DNA of 64,000 nucleotides from Bacilli bacterium (GTDB lineage: Bacteria > Bacillota_I > Bacilli_A > RF39 > UBA660): NCBI GenBank assembly GCA_017441845.1, contig JAFRVB010000008.1:46143-110142 (forward strand), given 5' to 3'. The position numbers were made by a program, and so were the translations under genes. Below, piece by piece: positions 1 to 8,770 of the stretch. The number at the start of each line of letters is the position of its first letter. Position 1 is the stretch's first letter. The notes below the pieces were generated by a model. That model did no database searches and was not told where the DNA came from. It saw nothing but the letters and a program-made list of their open reading frames with translations.

Positions 1-126
1 GGCTCTAGTAATAAGATAAATAATCAATAATACACTAACTGCAAAAACAAGAGATACTTTTAAAAATCTCTTTTTATAAGTAAAGTATTTAATATTATTA
101 ATTTTACTCTTAATACTTTCTACCAT
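1..126 (-). CDS. N-terminal fragment of a membrane-anchored hypothetical protein (runs off the left edge)
   Basis: Reverse-strand ATG at 124-126 opens a frame with no stop to position 1 (MVESIKSKINNIKYFTYKKRFLKVSLVFAVSVLLIIYLITRA...). It has a hydrophobic anchor and starts 10 nt after the stop of the 198-aa gene, so it is probably in the same operon. Not in the ORF track because it is truncated. Confidence 0.3.
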   Translation of the reverse strand, partial: MVESIKSKINNIKYFTYKKRFLKVSLVFAVSVLLIIYLITRA

Positions 127-135
127 CAAACCACA

Positions 136-732
136 CTACCCTGTATAAGCTGTAATTGTTTCTCCGCCGTATTGAGTTGCTTTGAATTCAACTTCTAAGA
201 ATTGACTATTATCAAAATTACCACTAGGATCATCTGTAACATTATCGTTGTTAACCCAAGATAAATCTAAAGCAATATTAACTAGTGTAGTATCAATATC
301 ATCAACATCAACAACAGCTGTATATTTACTAACTCCTGTACGTACTAATGTAACATCAGTAGTATCGATATTTGTTAGAGTTAATATTTTATTTGAATCA
401 ACATTCTTATCAATAATCTCTAGATCAAATCTAACTGCTACATCTGTACCAGAAAAATCCAGTTTAATATTAAAAGTTCCTGTAGCACCGGGAGATAATT
501 TCCCAGTTCTAGTATGAGATGCATTCCAAACAACATCATCAATATCAACTATTTTATCGACTTCATTTGAAACAACAACATCATTAACTTTAATATTCCA
601 ACCGGCTATATTACCAGTAACGTCACCCTTAGTATTTGATTCATAAGAAGAATATGTAAGTTTAGTAACTAAAAATATGGAACAAATTAATATTATGCAT
701 ACAATAATTATCTTCTTAATTCTATTTTTCAT
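136..732 (-). CDS. Small secreted protein with a SipW-type (TasA/camelysin-like) leader
   Basis: The N-terminal hydrophobic segment is followed by LTYSSYES..GDVTGNIAGWNIKV, which resembles the TxAxFxD...G-T-L-D-L junction of TasA/CalY. Size is 198 aa, similar to camelysin. It lies in a cluster with a SipW homologue. Family call is by eye only. Confidence 0.45.
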   Translation of the reverse strand: MKNRIKKIIIVCIILICSIFLVTKLTYSSYESNTKGDVTGNIAGWNIKVNDVVVSNEVDKIVDIDDVVWNASHTRTGKLSPGATGTFNIKLDFSGTDVAVRFDLEIIDKNVDSNKILTLTNIDTTDVTLVRTGVSKYTAVVDVDDIDTTLVNIALDLSWVNNDNVTDDPSGNFDNSQFLEVEFKATQYGGETITAYTG

Positions 733-793
733 ACAAATTCTCCTATACTAAAATTATAACATAATAATCAAGTTTTTAATAGAAAAAAACTAA

Positions 794-837
794 TAAAAAA
801 GAGTAAAAATATCAATATTTTTTCATATTTTTACTCT
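794..837 (-). terminator. Rho-independent terminator after the class C sortase gene
   Basis: 12-bp arms gagtaaaaatat (801-812) / atatttttactc (825-836), with an A-run at 795-800 on plus giving a T-run on minus. Confidence 0.6.
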
Positions 838-858
838 TCTTTTAAATTTACCTATTTT

Positions 859-1764
859 TTAGATAACATCTTCATCATCTTTAATAGATTTTTTAGTATC
901 TAAAACTTCTACTTTTTTCTTTATTTTTTGGATATTTTTAGTCTTCTTTTTCCTAGGTTTTATCTTTTTCTTTCTCTTTTTCATCATCAAATAAATAAAT
1001 ATAGATAAAAGTATTAAAGATATAACTACTGAAGTATAAAATACTAAATCTACATGAGAAATAACTTTTTTATCAACTCTACCATTACCAGTTAAAGGAA
1101 TTCTCTCACCTCTAACTAATAATCTATGAGTATTGATAGAATATGGTGTACAAGTAACTAAAGTAACATAATCTTTATCTTTATATAACTTAATATCCTT
1201 AGTATCAGTAGGTTTAACAGTCTTTATTTTATCTACTTCATAAGCAACTTTCTTATTCAAAACATGGATATAGAAGACATCACCTTTTCTTAATAATCCT
1301 AAATCAGTAAATAACTTAGAACTAGGTAATCCTCTATGAGCTGCAATCACCGCATGAGTACCTTTTCCACCTATTGGGAAAGATGTACCTGCTTGATGAC
1401 CAGCACCCTTCTCCATAACATCACTATTAGTAGTATGATATATTGGTAATTTTACTCCAATCTTAGGTATTTCAATGTATCCCATCATACCATCTTTATC
1501 TAAATTTAATATTTTTAGATAACTATCATCTACTTTAAAATTCTCATCAATAAAAGAATCAACTACATCTAAATTAGTTAATTTTTTATTATAATCTTCT
1601 GCTTCCTTCAATAAATATGAATTATCTACACTATTATTTTTATAATTCTGAATAGCTTTATCAATCTCTTTACTATTCTTATTATTCATATATGAAGGAA
1701 CAAACATTAATAATAATCCACATATAAATAATATTACAAATATAAATATATATTTTTTCTTCAT
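859..1764 (-). CDS. srtC: Class C (pilin-type) sortase
   Basis: AHRGLP...GDVFYIHV...YVTLVTCTPYSINTHRLLVRGERI matches the class C TLVTCTPYGINTHRLLVRG signature. Both N- and C-terminal TM segments are present. Confidence 0.85.
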   Translation of the reverse strand: MKKKYIFIFVILFICGLLLMFVPSYMNNKNSKEIDKAIQNYKNNSVDNSYLLKEAEDYNKKLTNLDVVDSFIDENFKVDDSYLKILNLDKDGMMGYIEIPKIGVKLPIYHTTNSDVMEKGAGHQAGTSFPIGGKGTHAVIAAHRGLPSSKLFTDLGLLRKGDVFYIHVLNKKVAYEVDKIKTVKPTDTKDIKLYKDKDYVTLVTCTPYSINTHRLLVRGERIPLTGNGRVDKKVISHVDLVFYTSVVISLILLSIFIYLMMKKRKKKIKPRKKKTKNIQKIKKKVEVLDTKKSIKDDEDVI

Positions 1765-1787
1765 ACAATTATCATAACATATTATTA

Positions 1788-3869
1788 TTAAATAATCTCT
1801 AGTTCCTCTTCTACATTTTTCTCATTTTTATAATTAAGTATAAATAATACAAAACCAATTACTACTATAATTAAACCACTAAGTACATAAGGATAAATTC
1901 CAATACCACCTGCGACAGGTAACATATTTACTTTCTTATTACTTAATTTAACAGAATAAGTATTTTTATCTAAAGCCACTTTATGATTATCTATTCTCAT
2001 GATACCATTTCGATCAATTTTAACTTTTAATACTTCACTATTTCTCATAAAACCATCAGGATTATCAACTTGTTTAACATAATAAGTCTTATCTGGTAAT
2101 AATTCTTTAAAATATAATCCTTCATCTATTGGTGTAGTTAATAAATCACTATCATATAATTCATATTTACTACCAGATACTTCTCTATCTCTAGAATCAA
2201 CATCTTTCACAGCAAAATCAATATTAGAAGTATCAAAACTAGCCTTAGTCTTATAATCAACTCTATCATTTAGATAATAATTATTATTCGCAATTCCACC
2301 AATAATCTCTATTTCATTAACAGTATTCTTACTAAGTTCATTATTAGCTTTATATTTACCATAAACATTAATATATTTATATGGATCAATATTACTAATC
2401 TTAACAGTATTATTATTTAATACTTCATAATTATCATTCTTAACAAACTTAAATCCATTCAATTTACTCTTAATCATAATATCATTAATATTAAAATAAT
2501 CATTATTCTTAACAGTCACTACAAAATCTACTTCATCATTATTATGATAATAGTCTTTTTCATTAATAATTTGAGTTTTAATACTAGGAGTAAAATATCC
2601 ATATAATCTCATCCATTGTCCATAGATAATTACATTTTCTTTACCCATTTCAAACTCATTATCACTTAACCATCCTAAGAATTTATATCCTTTCGCATAA
2701 GGATATTTTTCTAATTTAACCTTATTTCCAGGAGAATAATACTTAGTTTCAGGTAATAATTCTAAGTAATTTTCTGGTATTACATCTCCTCTAAATCTAT
2801 AGCTAACACTATAAGTTTTCTTAACAAATTTACCAGTAACAGTAACATTACATTTAGGCATAGTAAACATATTATCACTGACTCTTATCTCTTCACATGT
2901 AGATGAAACACTCCATCCAGCAAAGACAAAGTCACCAATAACATCACCCTTCTTTAAACTATCTATCTTAACATCACTATCTGAATAATATTTCTTTTCA
3001 CTAGGAACAATATAACTATCTGGATTATCTCCAACTATTTCATATTTAACATTATATTTATCACTCTTAGTAAAACTACCAGTAAAAGTAACACTCTTAT
3101 CAGGCATTACAAAACTATTATTGATAATATCTACGTCACTACTCTTCCATCCACTGAATTCATAACCATCTACTTTAATATCACCAAGTACTTCAACAAT
3201 AGATCCTTCACTATAACCAAATCCTTGTGGTGGATTAGATAAATTAGCTGGTACATCTCCAGTATATTTATAACTAACTGCATGTAACGGAACATCTTTA
3301 CCTATAAAGACATGTTCTACATTAGTATATTTATAAACACTTTTCTCTTTAACACCAATAGTATTATAAAAATCCATTCTATTATTTTTAATCTCTCTAG
3401 CTGTTCTCGTTACAATACCAACAGTTAATCTACAACCTGCTTGTAGATTCTTTATTTTGAATGAAATCATTCTATTCTTAGGATTATATCTTAAACCATC
3501 TTTATTACCTACAACATATCCTTGACAACTAGTATTATCACTACGTTTAACAGCTCCTACAGAACCATCACTACTAGTAACAAATCTAACAAAATCTAGT
3601 CCTTTAGGTAATCTATCTTGAACATAAATATAATCAGAATAAACTTTAGAAGTTGCTCTATCAGAAGAGATTTTAACATCTTTATCAATACCATCATAAG
3701 TAATATCTAAATAGTAAACCAAATCAGTATTAGTCGCTATTCTAGTATCATTAGGTATTACTTCTGCTTTAGAACCTCTAGTTACTAAATATAATAACGA
3801 TCCAATTAATAGTAAAAAAACAAGCACTATTAAAAGAAAAAGTTTATTTCTAGAAATTCTTTTTTCCAT
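1788..3869 (-). CDS. Sortase-anchored surface protein / candidate pilin with Listeria-Bacteroides repeats
   Basis: The C-terminus carries LPVAGG, about 28 hydrophobic residues and an NYKNEKN tail. Three repeats of the GYxFxGW...MP..VT.TG.F type are present, plus a Cna-B/SpaA-like C-terminal segment. The start is moved to ATG 3867-3869 (MEKRIS), 8 nt after GGGAG. No YPKN pilin motif was seen. Confidence 0.7.
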   Translation of the reverse strand: MEKRISRNKLFLLIVLVFLLLIGSLLYLVTRGSKAEVIPNDTRIATNTDLVYYLDITYDGIDKDVKISSDRATSKVYSDYIYVQDRLPKGLDFVRFVTSSDGSVGAVKRSDNTSCQGYVVGNKDGLRYNPKNRMISFKIKNLQAGCRLTVGIVTRTAREIKNNRMDFYNTIGVKEKSVYKYTNVEHVFIGKDVPLHAVSYKYTGDVPANLSNPPQGFGYSEGSIVEVLGDIKVDGYEFSGWKSSDVDIINNSFVMPDKSVTFTGSFTKSDKYNVKYEIVGDNPDSYIVPSEKKYYSDSDVKIDSLKKGDVIGDFVFAGWSVSSTCEEIRVSDNMFTMPKCNVTVTGKFVKKTYSVSYRFRGDVIPENYLELLPETKYYSPGNKVKLEKYPYAKGYKFLGWLSDNEFEMGKENVIIYGQWMRLYGYFTPSIKTQIINEKDYYHNNDEVDFVVTVKNNDYFNINDIMIKSKLNGFKFVKNDNYEVLNNNTVKISNIDPYKYINVYGKYKANNELSKNTVNEIEIIGGIANNNYYLNDRVDYKTKASFDTSNIDFAVKDVDSRDREVSGSKYELYDSDLLTTPIDEGLYFKELLPDKTYYVKQVDNPDGFMRNSEVLKVKIDRNGIMRIDNHKVALDKNTYSVKLSNKKVNMLPVAGGIGIYPYVLSGLIIVVIGFVLFILNYKNEKNVEEELEII

Positions 3870-3888
3870 TAACAGCACTCCCTTTCTT

Positions 3889-6285
3889 TTATATTAATTT
3901 AATTAGATATGGATTGTCTTTAGTACCCATTCCATCAACAATCTTAACATTACCATTAAGAGATATAACTGGTTTAACTAAAGTACTATTATTACTTACA
4001 ATCTCTCCAGTTTTACCCTTAAATACATAACTATTACCATTATATTTATATGGACTCATCAAATAGAATTTGTCTCCATCAATAGCCCCAGAACTTAATA
4101 GATATTCATCGATACTTAACATTCCAATTGGATAAGTTAAAGCTCCATTACCTATCTTATTAGATACTGAGAAACTATCATTTTTCTTACAATCTAATGA
4201 TAAATTATTATTTTTAACTCTATCTAATGTCTCAAACTCTAAGTCTTCTGAAACACTTCTATCATTACAATAAGTAGTATCTTCAAGATAATTTCTATAT
4301 CTATATAGATTATTCTTATACCAATTATCTATATAGTATTTAATATAAGAATCATTAACATTATTAAAAGTATTATTAATTAACTCTTTAATATTCTTTT
4401 CTCCATCCAATGTTAAATAATAGATATAATTATCATCATAAGAAGTAATATAATATACTTTTTCACAATAATTATGATCATCTAAACAAGTATATTTTCT
4501 CTTAGAAGATATATCATAACTAGCATCATTAAGTTTATAAATACTATTATTATAACTAATACTACTACTATATTTATAATCATCTTTTGCAATTCTCTTA
4601 ATAACAGATTTCTTACCATACATATAAGATAAATCAGCTAATGAATTAGAATATTTATTAAAATTATATTTATTCATATAATAATCAGTAAATGTATTAA
4701 CACATTTATTATTACTTTGAACACCATTATAAATAATCTTAACTCCCTCAGTCTTAGTAGATCTAACTATTTGCCAACAATATCCAGCAAATACTAAGTT
4801 ATTATTGCTGTTACCTTTATAGTAGTAAATTGGTTTCTTAGTATTACCAAGACTATGAATACCATCACTATAAGAATCTTTTACTTCATTACTCTTTAAT
4901 AAATCATAGACACTCAAAGATTTATGAATAGTTCCTTCCATACTCAAACTAACTTTCATCTTAGACCAAGTACCTCTAATTACTACATTATTTTCTTTCA
5001 TAGTAAAGTAATCATCATTAATCTTTTTAACTTTACTACTAACTTCCCATCCTTTAAATTGATATCCATTACACTCTAATTCACTATCATCTATTTTTAC
5101 ATTTTCAAAAATAGAATAACTTTGAGTTTTGGGTACATGTTTTAATACACATTCCTTTGGAGCATTAGGATCATATATAACATCATAACTATTTTTAACT
5201 ATTGGAGTTAAATCACTCTTAAATTTCTCACTTAATTCACCAATTTTACTATTAACTTTAATATTTTTAGAGACATTATATATACCATCAATCTCTCTAT
5301 ATTTTTCCTTTAATTTAATATTAAAACTCATAGTCGCATCAAATCCAGATAATAATTTATTATCTAAATTCCAAGTAACTTTATTTTTATTAACACTAGT
5401 TTTACCTATACTACTTTGAATATCGCTATTAATTTCAAAATAATTATTATCAATGACTTCATCAATATTAAATTTCTCATATTTAATAGGTAACTTAGTA
5501 GTAACATTAATCATCTTCAAAATATTATTATTATCACTAATATAAGCAGTATCAGTAATATTATCTATTTCATCAATTAATTTATTACCTAAATCATATT
5601 GAAGACCAACTATATTAATATTTTTATAATTATCTTTAATATATTTATATTCAGTAACTTCTAAAGGGCTATTCAAAGTAGGATAAGAATTCATAATCAT
5701 TAAAACAACTACTTCTCTACTACCATCTCTAGTTCTTAATAAATTATCTACCTTACATAAAGCATCATAATAATTAGTACCTCTATGTATACTGATTCTA
5801 TTAATATTATTAACTAAAGTATCATAATTATCAGTAAAATTACTGATAAGAGTTGCTCTATTATTATAAGTAATTAAACTAACTCTATTATTATTCTTTA
5901 ATAGTTTTTTAACATTACCCTTCAAAGCATCTTTCAAACTATTATAACTATTTTTATTAACAAAATTACTATCATTCACAACTAATACTATATCTTTAGC
6001 TTTACCACTCTCATAAGCTACACTATCTACTTTAAAATTAACTTTAGCTTCACTTCTACTTAACCAAGTAACACTCTCAGTAATCTTAAATGATCCCCCT
6101 ACCTCATTAGTATAAGAAGATTTTTCACTTAAAAAATTAATTTCATTACTAGTTTTAACTTCTGCGAAAGTTTTTCTCACTAAAAGTATAAATAATAGAA
6201 GCACTATAAAAACAAACAGTCCTATTAAAACTCTTCTAACCGTTGAAATATCTAGTTTTAAATCACTTATAAAACTATTCATCAT
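3889..6285 (-). CDS. Large secreted/anchored protein with a vWA-like domain (degenerate MIDAS) and a C-terminal module paralogous to the next gene
   Basis: Leader ...FILLVRKTFA|EVKT. The vWA-like segment reads DIVLVVNDSNF..RVSLITYNNRA..GTNYYDAL..VVVLMIMNSYP. One repeat GYQFKGW..VVIRGTWSK is present. The C-terminal third shares CWQ, YIDNWY..LEDT.YCN.RS, LTYPIG and VKPVISL..DNPY with the 780-aa protein. No LPxTG. Confidence 0.6.
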   Translation of the reverse strand: MMNSFISDLKLDISTVRRVLIGLFVFIVLLLFILLVRKTFAEVKTSNEINFLSEKSSYTNEVGGSFKITESVTWLSRSEAKVNFKVDSVAYESGKAKDIVLVVNDSNFVNKNSYNSLKDALKGNVKKLLKNNNRVSLITYNNRATLISNFTDNYDTLVNNINRISIHRGTNYYDALCKVDNLLRTRDGSREVVVLMIMNSYPTLNSPLEVTEYKYIKDNYKNINIVGLQYDLGNKLIDEIDNITDTAYISDNNNILKMINVTTKLPIKYEKFNIDEVIDNNYFEINSDIQSSIGKTSVNKNKVTWNLDNKLLSGFDATMSFNIKLKEKYREIDGIYNVSKNIKVNSKIGELSEKFKSDLTPIVKNSYDVIYDPNAPKECVLKHVPKTQSYSIFENVKIDDSELECNGYQFKGWEVSSKVKKINDDYFTMKENNVVIRGTWSKMKVSLSMEGTIHKSLSVYDLLKSNEVKDSYSDGIHSLGNTKKPIYYYKGNSNNNLVFAGYCWQIVRSTKTEGVKIIYNGVQSNNKCVNTFTDYYMNKYNFNKYSNSLADLSYMYGKKSVIKRIAKDDYKYSSSISYNNSIYKLNDASYDISSKRKYTCLDDHNYCEKVYYITSYDDNYIYYLTLDGEKNIKELINNTFNNVNDSYIKYYIDNWYKNNLYRYRNYLEDTTYCNDRSVSEDLEFETLDRVKNNNLSLDCKKNDSFSVSNKIGNGALTYPIGMLSIDEYLLSSGAIDGDKFYLMSPYKYNGNSYVFKGKTGEIVSNNSTLVKPVISLNGNVKIVDGMGTKDNPYLIKLI

Positions 6286-6334
6286 AATGCTCCATTATCA
6301 ATTTAATTTTATCATTTTTAAACTCTCTTTTCAA

Positions 6335-6369
6335 CAAAAAAAGAGATATAAAATTAACTTATATCTCTT
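6335..6369 (-). terminator. Rho-independent terminator after the 780-aa gene
   Basis: aagagatataa (6341-6351) / ttatatctctt (6359-6369), with an A-run on plus immediately upstream giving a T-run on minus. Confidence 0.6.
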
Positions 6370-8710
6370 ATCTAGATAAATCTCCATAAACTGTAATATC
6401 ATCAATATTCAACCAAAATTTATCATAATCTTTATGCCTAAAGGCAATATACAAAGTTGATTCATCATATTCACCAAGAGAATAATTATATTCTGTCCAA
6501 TCATCTGGTACTTGATGCAACCCAATAAGTGTTGTCATTTGAGAAGGATCAGGAGTAGGTCCATAAAGAACTTCCATACTATCTAGATAATTTACATCTT
6601 GAGAAACAGCCCAAAAATCAAGAGTAATATTTTCATAATTACTAAGTGATATAGCAGGAGTAATCAAATAATTATCTGCATTAATAGCAATAGCATTACT
6701 ACCATTACCATTATCAAAAGATTGACTGGATACTGCATAATTACCAGAATGAACTTTAACACTTCCACCTCCATCACCAGCTGCACCAATTAGTCCCCAA
6801 ACATGTTCATCACCATCAGCATCTAAATTTGTCCAATCATTAGAAAGACTACCAGATTCAAAATCTTCACTAAATAACATCAGATTCCTAGTACTTTCAA
6901 CAACATATGGATCATTCTTACTGCCTGTTCCTGAGGTATACTCTGTGCCTGGTTTTAGAGATACTGCTGGACGAACACCATATGTATTATGTACGCTACT
7001 GCTAGTAGAGTTGCCCGAATAATTGACATTACCCTCACTAGCAGCATAGTAGTAGAATAAAACAGGTGCACCGAGCCAATAATCTTGTCCTGTTTTTCTA
7101 AGATTATTATTATTTAATAATTCCATTTCTTTACGACTCGCCAAACCAATCGGATAAGTAAGTTTTGCTTTGTTGTTTGACACACTAAATTTATCTGTAT
7201 CATTTATGCAAATTAATGAATCATAGTTAAAGTACATATATGTAGTTATACCACCTCCATTTGGATTCCATTCATTTGCACTTGGATTTTTTTGACTTCT
7301 ATTATTACAAAAAATTGTATCTTCTAAATAAGATGTATAACTTATCATATTATTAGAATACCAATTATCTATATATGCTTTTATTGTAGAATTTGTTGTG
7401 TTTATATCATCATTATAAAGCATTTCATCTAACGCATTTTCTACACTTTTTCCACCAGTTAAATTTATATAGTAAATGTATTTTACATATTGAATACCTG
7501 AAGTAGAATATGGTTCAATTACATAGTATACATATGATAAAGTTTGACACTCACCCGTTCTATTAAAACATGTATAATGATGTGTAGCTAAATTAGTCTT
7601 ATCTGTATTTGTTATATTCCACGTTTGATATCTATCACTACTTAATGTATACTTATCAGTTCCACTATCATACGTGAAACCATTGGCATATATATAATTA
7701 TTTGTTAACAGTGATACATAATAATATCCGTTATATTTATCAGGATAAGTAATATATCTTAAGTCTGTACAACTTGCAGAATCATCGCCACAAGTATAAT
7801 AGGTTTCATATGTCGAGTAATTACTATACCAATCTGCTTTCTGTATTGTTATAGCATTGGTTAAAGTATATGTTCCGTTACTTTCAGTATAGCCAGTACC
7901 TAAAGTTAAATTAGTATTATAATAATTTAACATATGTCCGTTTTCCATTCTAAATCCAAACACAAAACCACTTTCCCCAGCTATGATATAATATACGGCC
8001 GAACAGGATGTTGCCCCTTGACTAGGACATGTATACAAGCCATTTACTGAAGAATATGAATTTTTCCATAATCCTTCTGTTGTACCAGTTAATGTATATT
8101 TACCAGTAGAGCTATCATAATTTACACCCGTTCCATAATAATATGATCCAGCCGTCATTACTACATTTGTTATAACCTTATCATAATTTTCTGATTTTGT
8201 ACCAGGAATATATCTTGTATTATACATATATCCCACATCGGCTAATGCCTCATAATTATTATTAAATGTTGATGTGCCTATTTGCTGTCCAGTTCCAGTC
8301 CTATTACATTTTCCATTAGAAGGAGTACCATTATATAGTAGTTTTACTCCTCCTGTATCCGTAGTTCTTATCATTTGCCAGCAGAATCCACCAAAAATAA
8401 CATTCCATTTATCTAATATTGTGTTGGCGTTTGTATCATTACTAGCATACCAATGGTATATGTTTTTCGTGGGTTCATCTGTAAATGAGTCATGATGAGT
8501 CCCTGTATATTCTTTCGCATATGTACCTAATCGTGCTTCTCTTTTTAAGACATCATACAGAAGTTTTGAATCATCATGTTCTTCATATTCTACATCTCCT
8601 GATACTGTTAAATTTTGATTTAAAGCACTAAAACCTACACTTATTAGTGTAGTTATACAAGTTAATATCGTAATAAATAAAGTTATACAAAACTTATAAT
8701 TGTTCTTCAT
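6368..8710 (-). CDS. Large secreted protein: conserved leader, Tyr/Gly/Thr-rich region, shared CWQ...VRPAVSL module, C-terminal choice-of-anchor-J / cleaved-adhesin-like domain
   Basis: The leader ...LISVGFSALNQNLTVSGDVEY is shared with the 708-aa BspA-like protein. The module FGGFCWQMIRTT..YIDNWYSNN..LEDTIFCNNRS..LTYPIGLA..YWLGAP..GVRPAVSLKPG..KNDPYVV is paralogous to the 798-aa protein. The last ~170 aa read FSEDFESG..DADGDEHVW..DNYLITP..LDFWA..IAFRH..LNIDDITVYG. Confidence 0.6.
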   Translation of the reverse strand: MKNNYKFCITLFITILTCITTLISVGFSALNQNLTVSGDVEYEEHDDSKLLYDVLKREARLGTYAKEYTGTHHDSFTDEPTKNIYHWYASNDTNANTILDKWNVIFGGFCWQMIRTTDTGGVKLLYNGTPSNGKCNRTGTGQQIGTSTFNNNYEALADVGYMYNTRYIPGTKSENYDKVITNVVMTAGSYYYGTGVNYDSSTGKYTLTGTTEGLWKNSYSSVNGLYTCPSQGATSCSAVYYIIAGESGFVFGFRMENGHMLNYYNTNLTLGTGYTESNGTYTLTNAITIQKADWYSNYSTYETYYTCGDDSASCTDLRYITYPDKYNGYYYVSLLTNNYIYANGFTYDSGTDKYTLSSDRYQTWNITNTDKTNLATHHYTCFNRTGECQTLSYVYYVIEPYSTSGIQYVKYIYYINLTGGKSVENALDEMLYNDDINTTNSTIKAYIDNWYSNNMISYTSYLEDTIFCNNRSQKNPSANEWNPNGGGITTYMYFNYDSLICINDTDKFSVSNNKAKLTYPIGLASRKEMELLNNNNLRKTGQDYWLGAPVLFYYYAASEGNVNYSGNSTSSSVHNTYGVRPAVSLKPGTEYTSGTGSKNDPYVVESTRNLMLFSEDFESGSLSNDWTNLDADGDEHVWGLIGAAGDGGGSVKVHSGNYAVSSQSFDNGNGSNAIAINADNYLITPAISLSNYENITLDFWAVSQDVNYLDSMEVLYGPTPDPSQMTTLIGLHQVPDDWTEYNYSLGEYDESTLYIAFRHKDYDKFWLNIDDITVYGDLSR

Positions 8711-8741
8711 ATTGCTTTATCCTTTATATATAAATTATAAC

Positions 8742-8770
8742 AAAAAAAGAAGTATATTTAAACACTTCTT
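8742..8770 (-). terminator. Rho-independent terminator after the 211-aa gene
   Basis: agaagt (8748-8753) / acttct (8764-8769), with an A-run at 8742-8748 on plus. The stem is short. Confidence 0.4.

Noticed and set aside
248-517. Plus-strand ORF 248-517, and similar short antisense ORFs (8274-8495, 8700-8882, 18285-18557, 19063-19338, 22346-22558, 22761-22979, 25329-25756, 27805-28005, 30916-31113, 42074-42268, 47790-48005, 50386-50583, 56893-57099, 57532-57726)
   Set aside because: Each lies fully or largely inside a longer, motif-supported gene on the opposite strand. None has a convincing RBS or a recognisable product.
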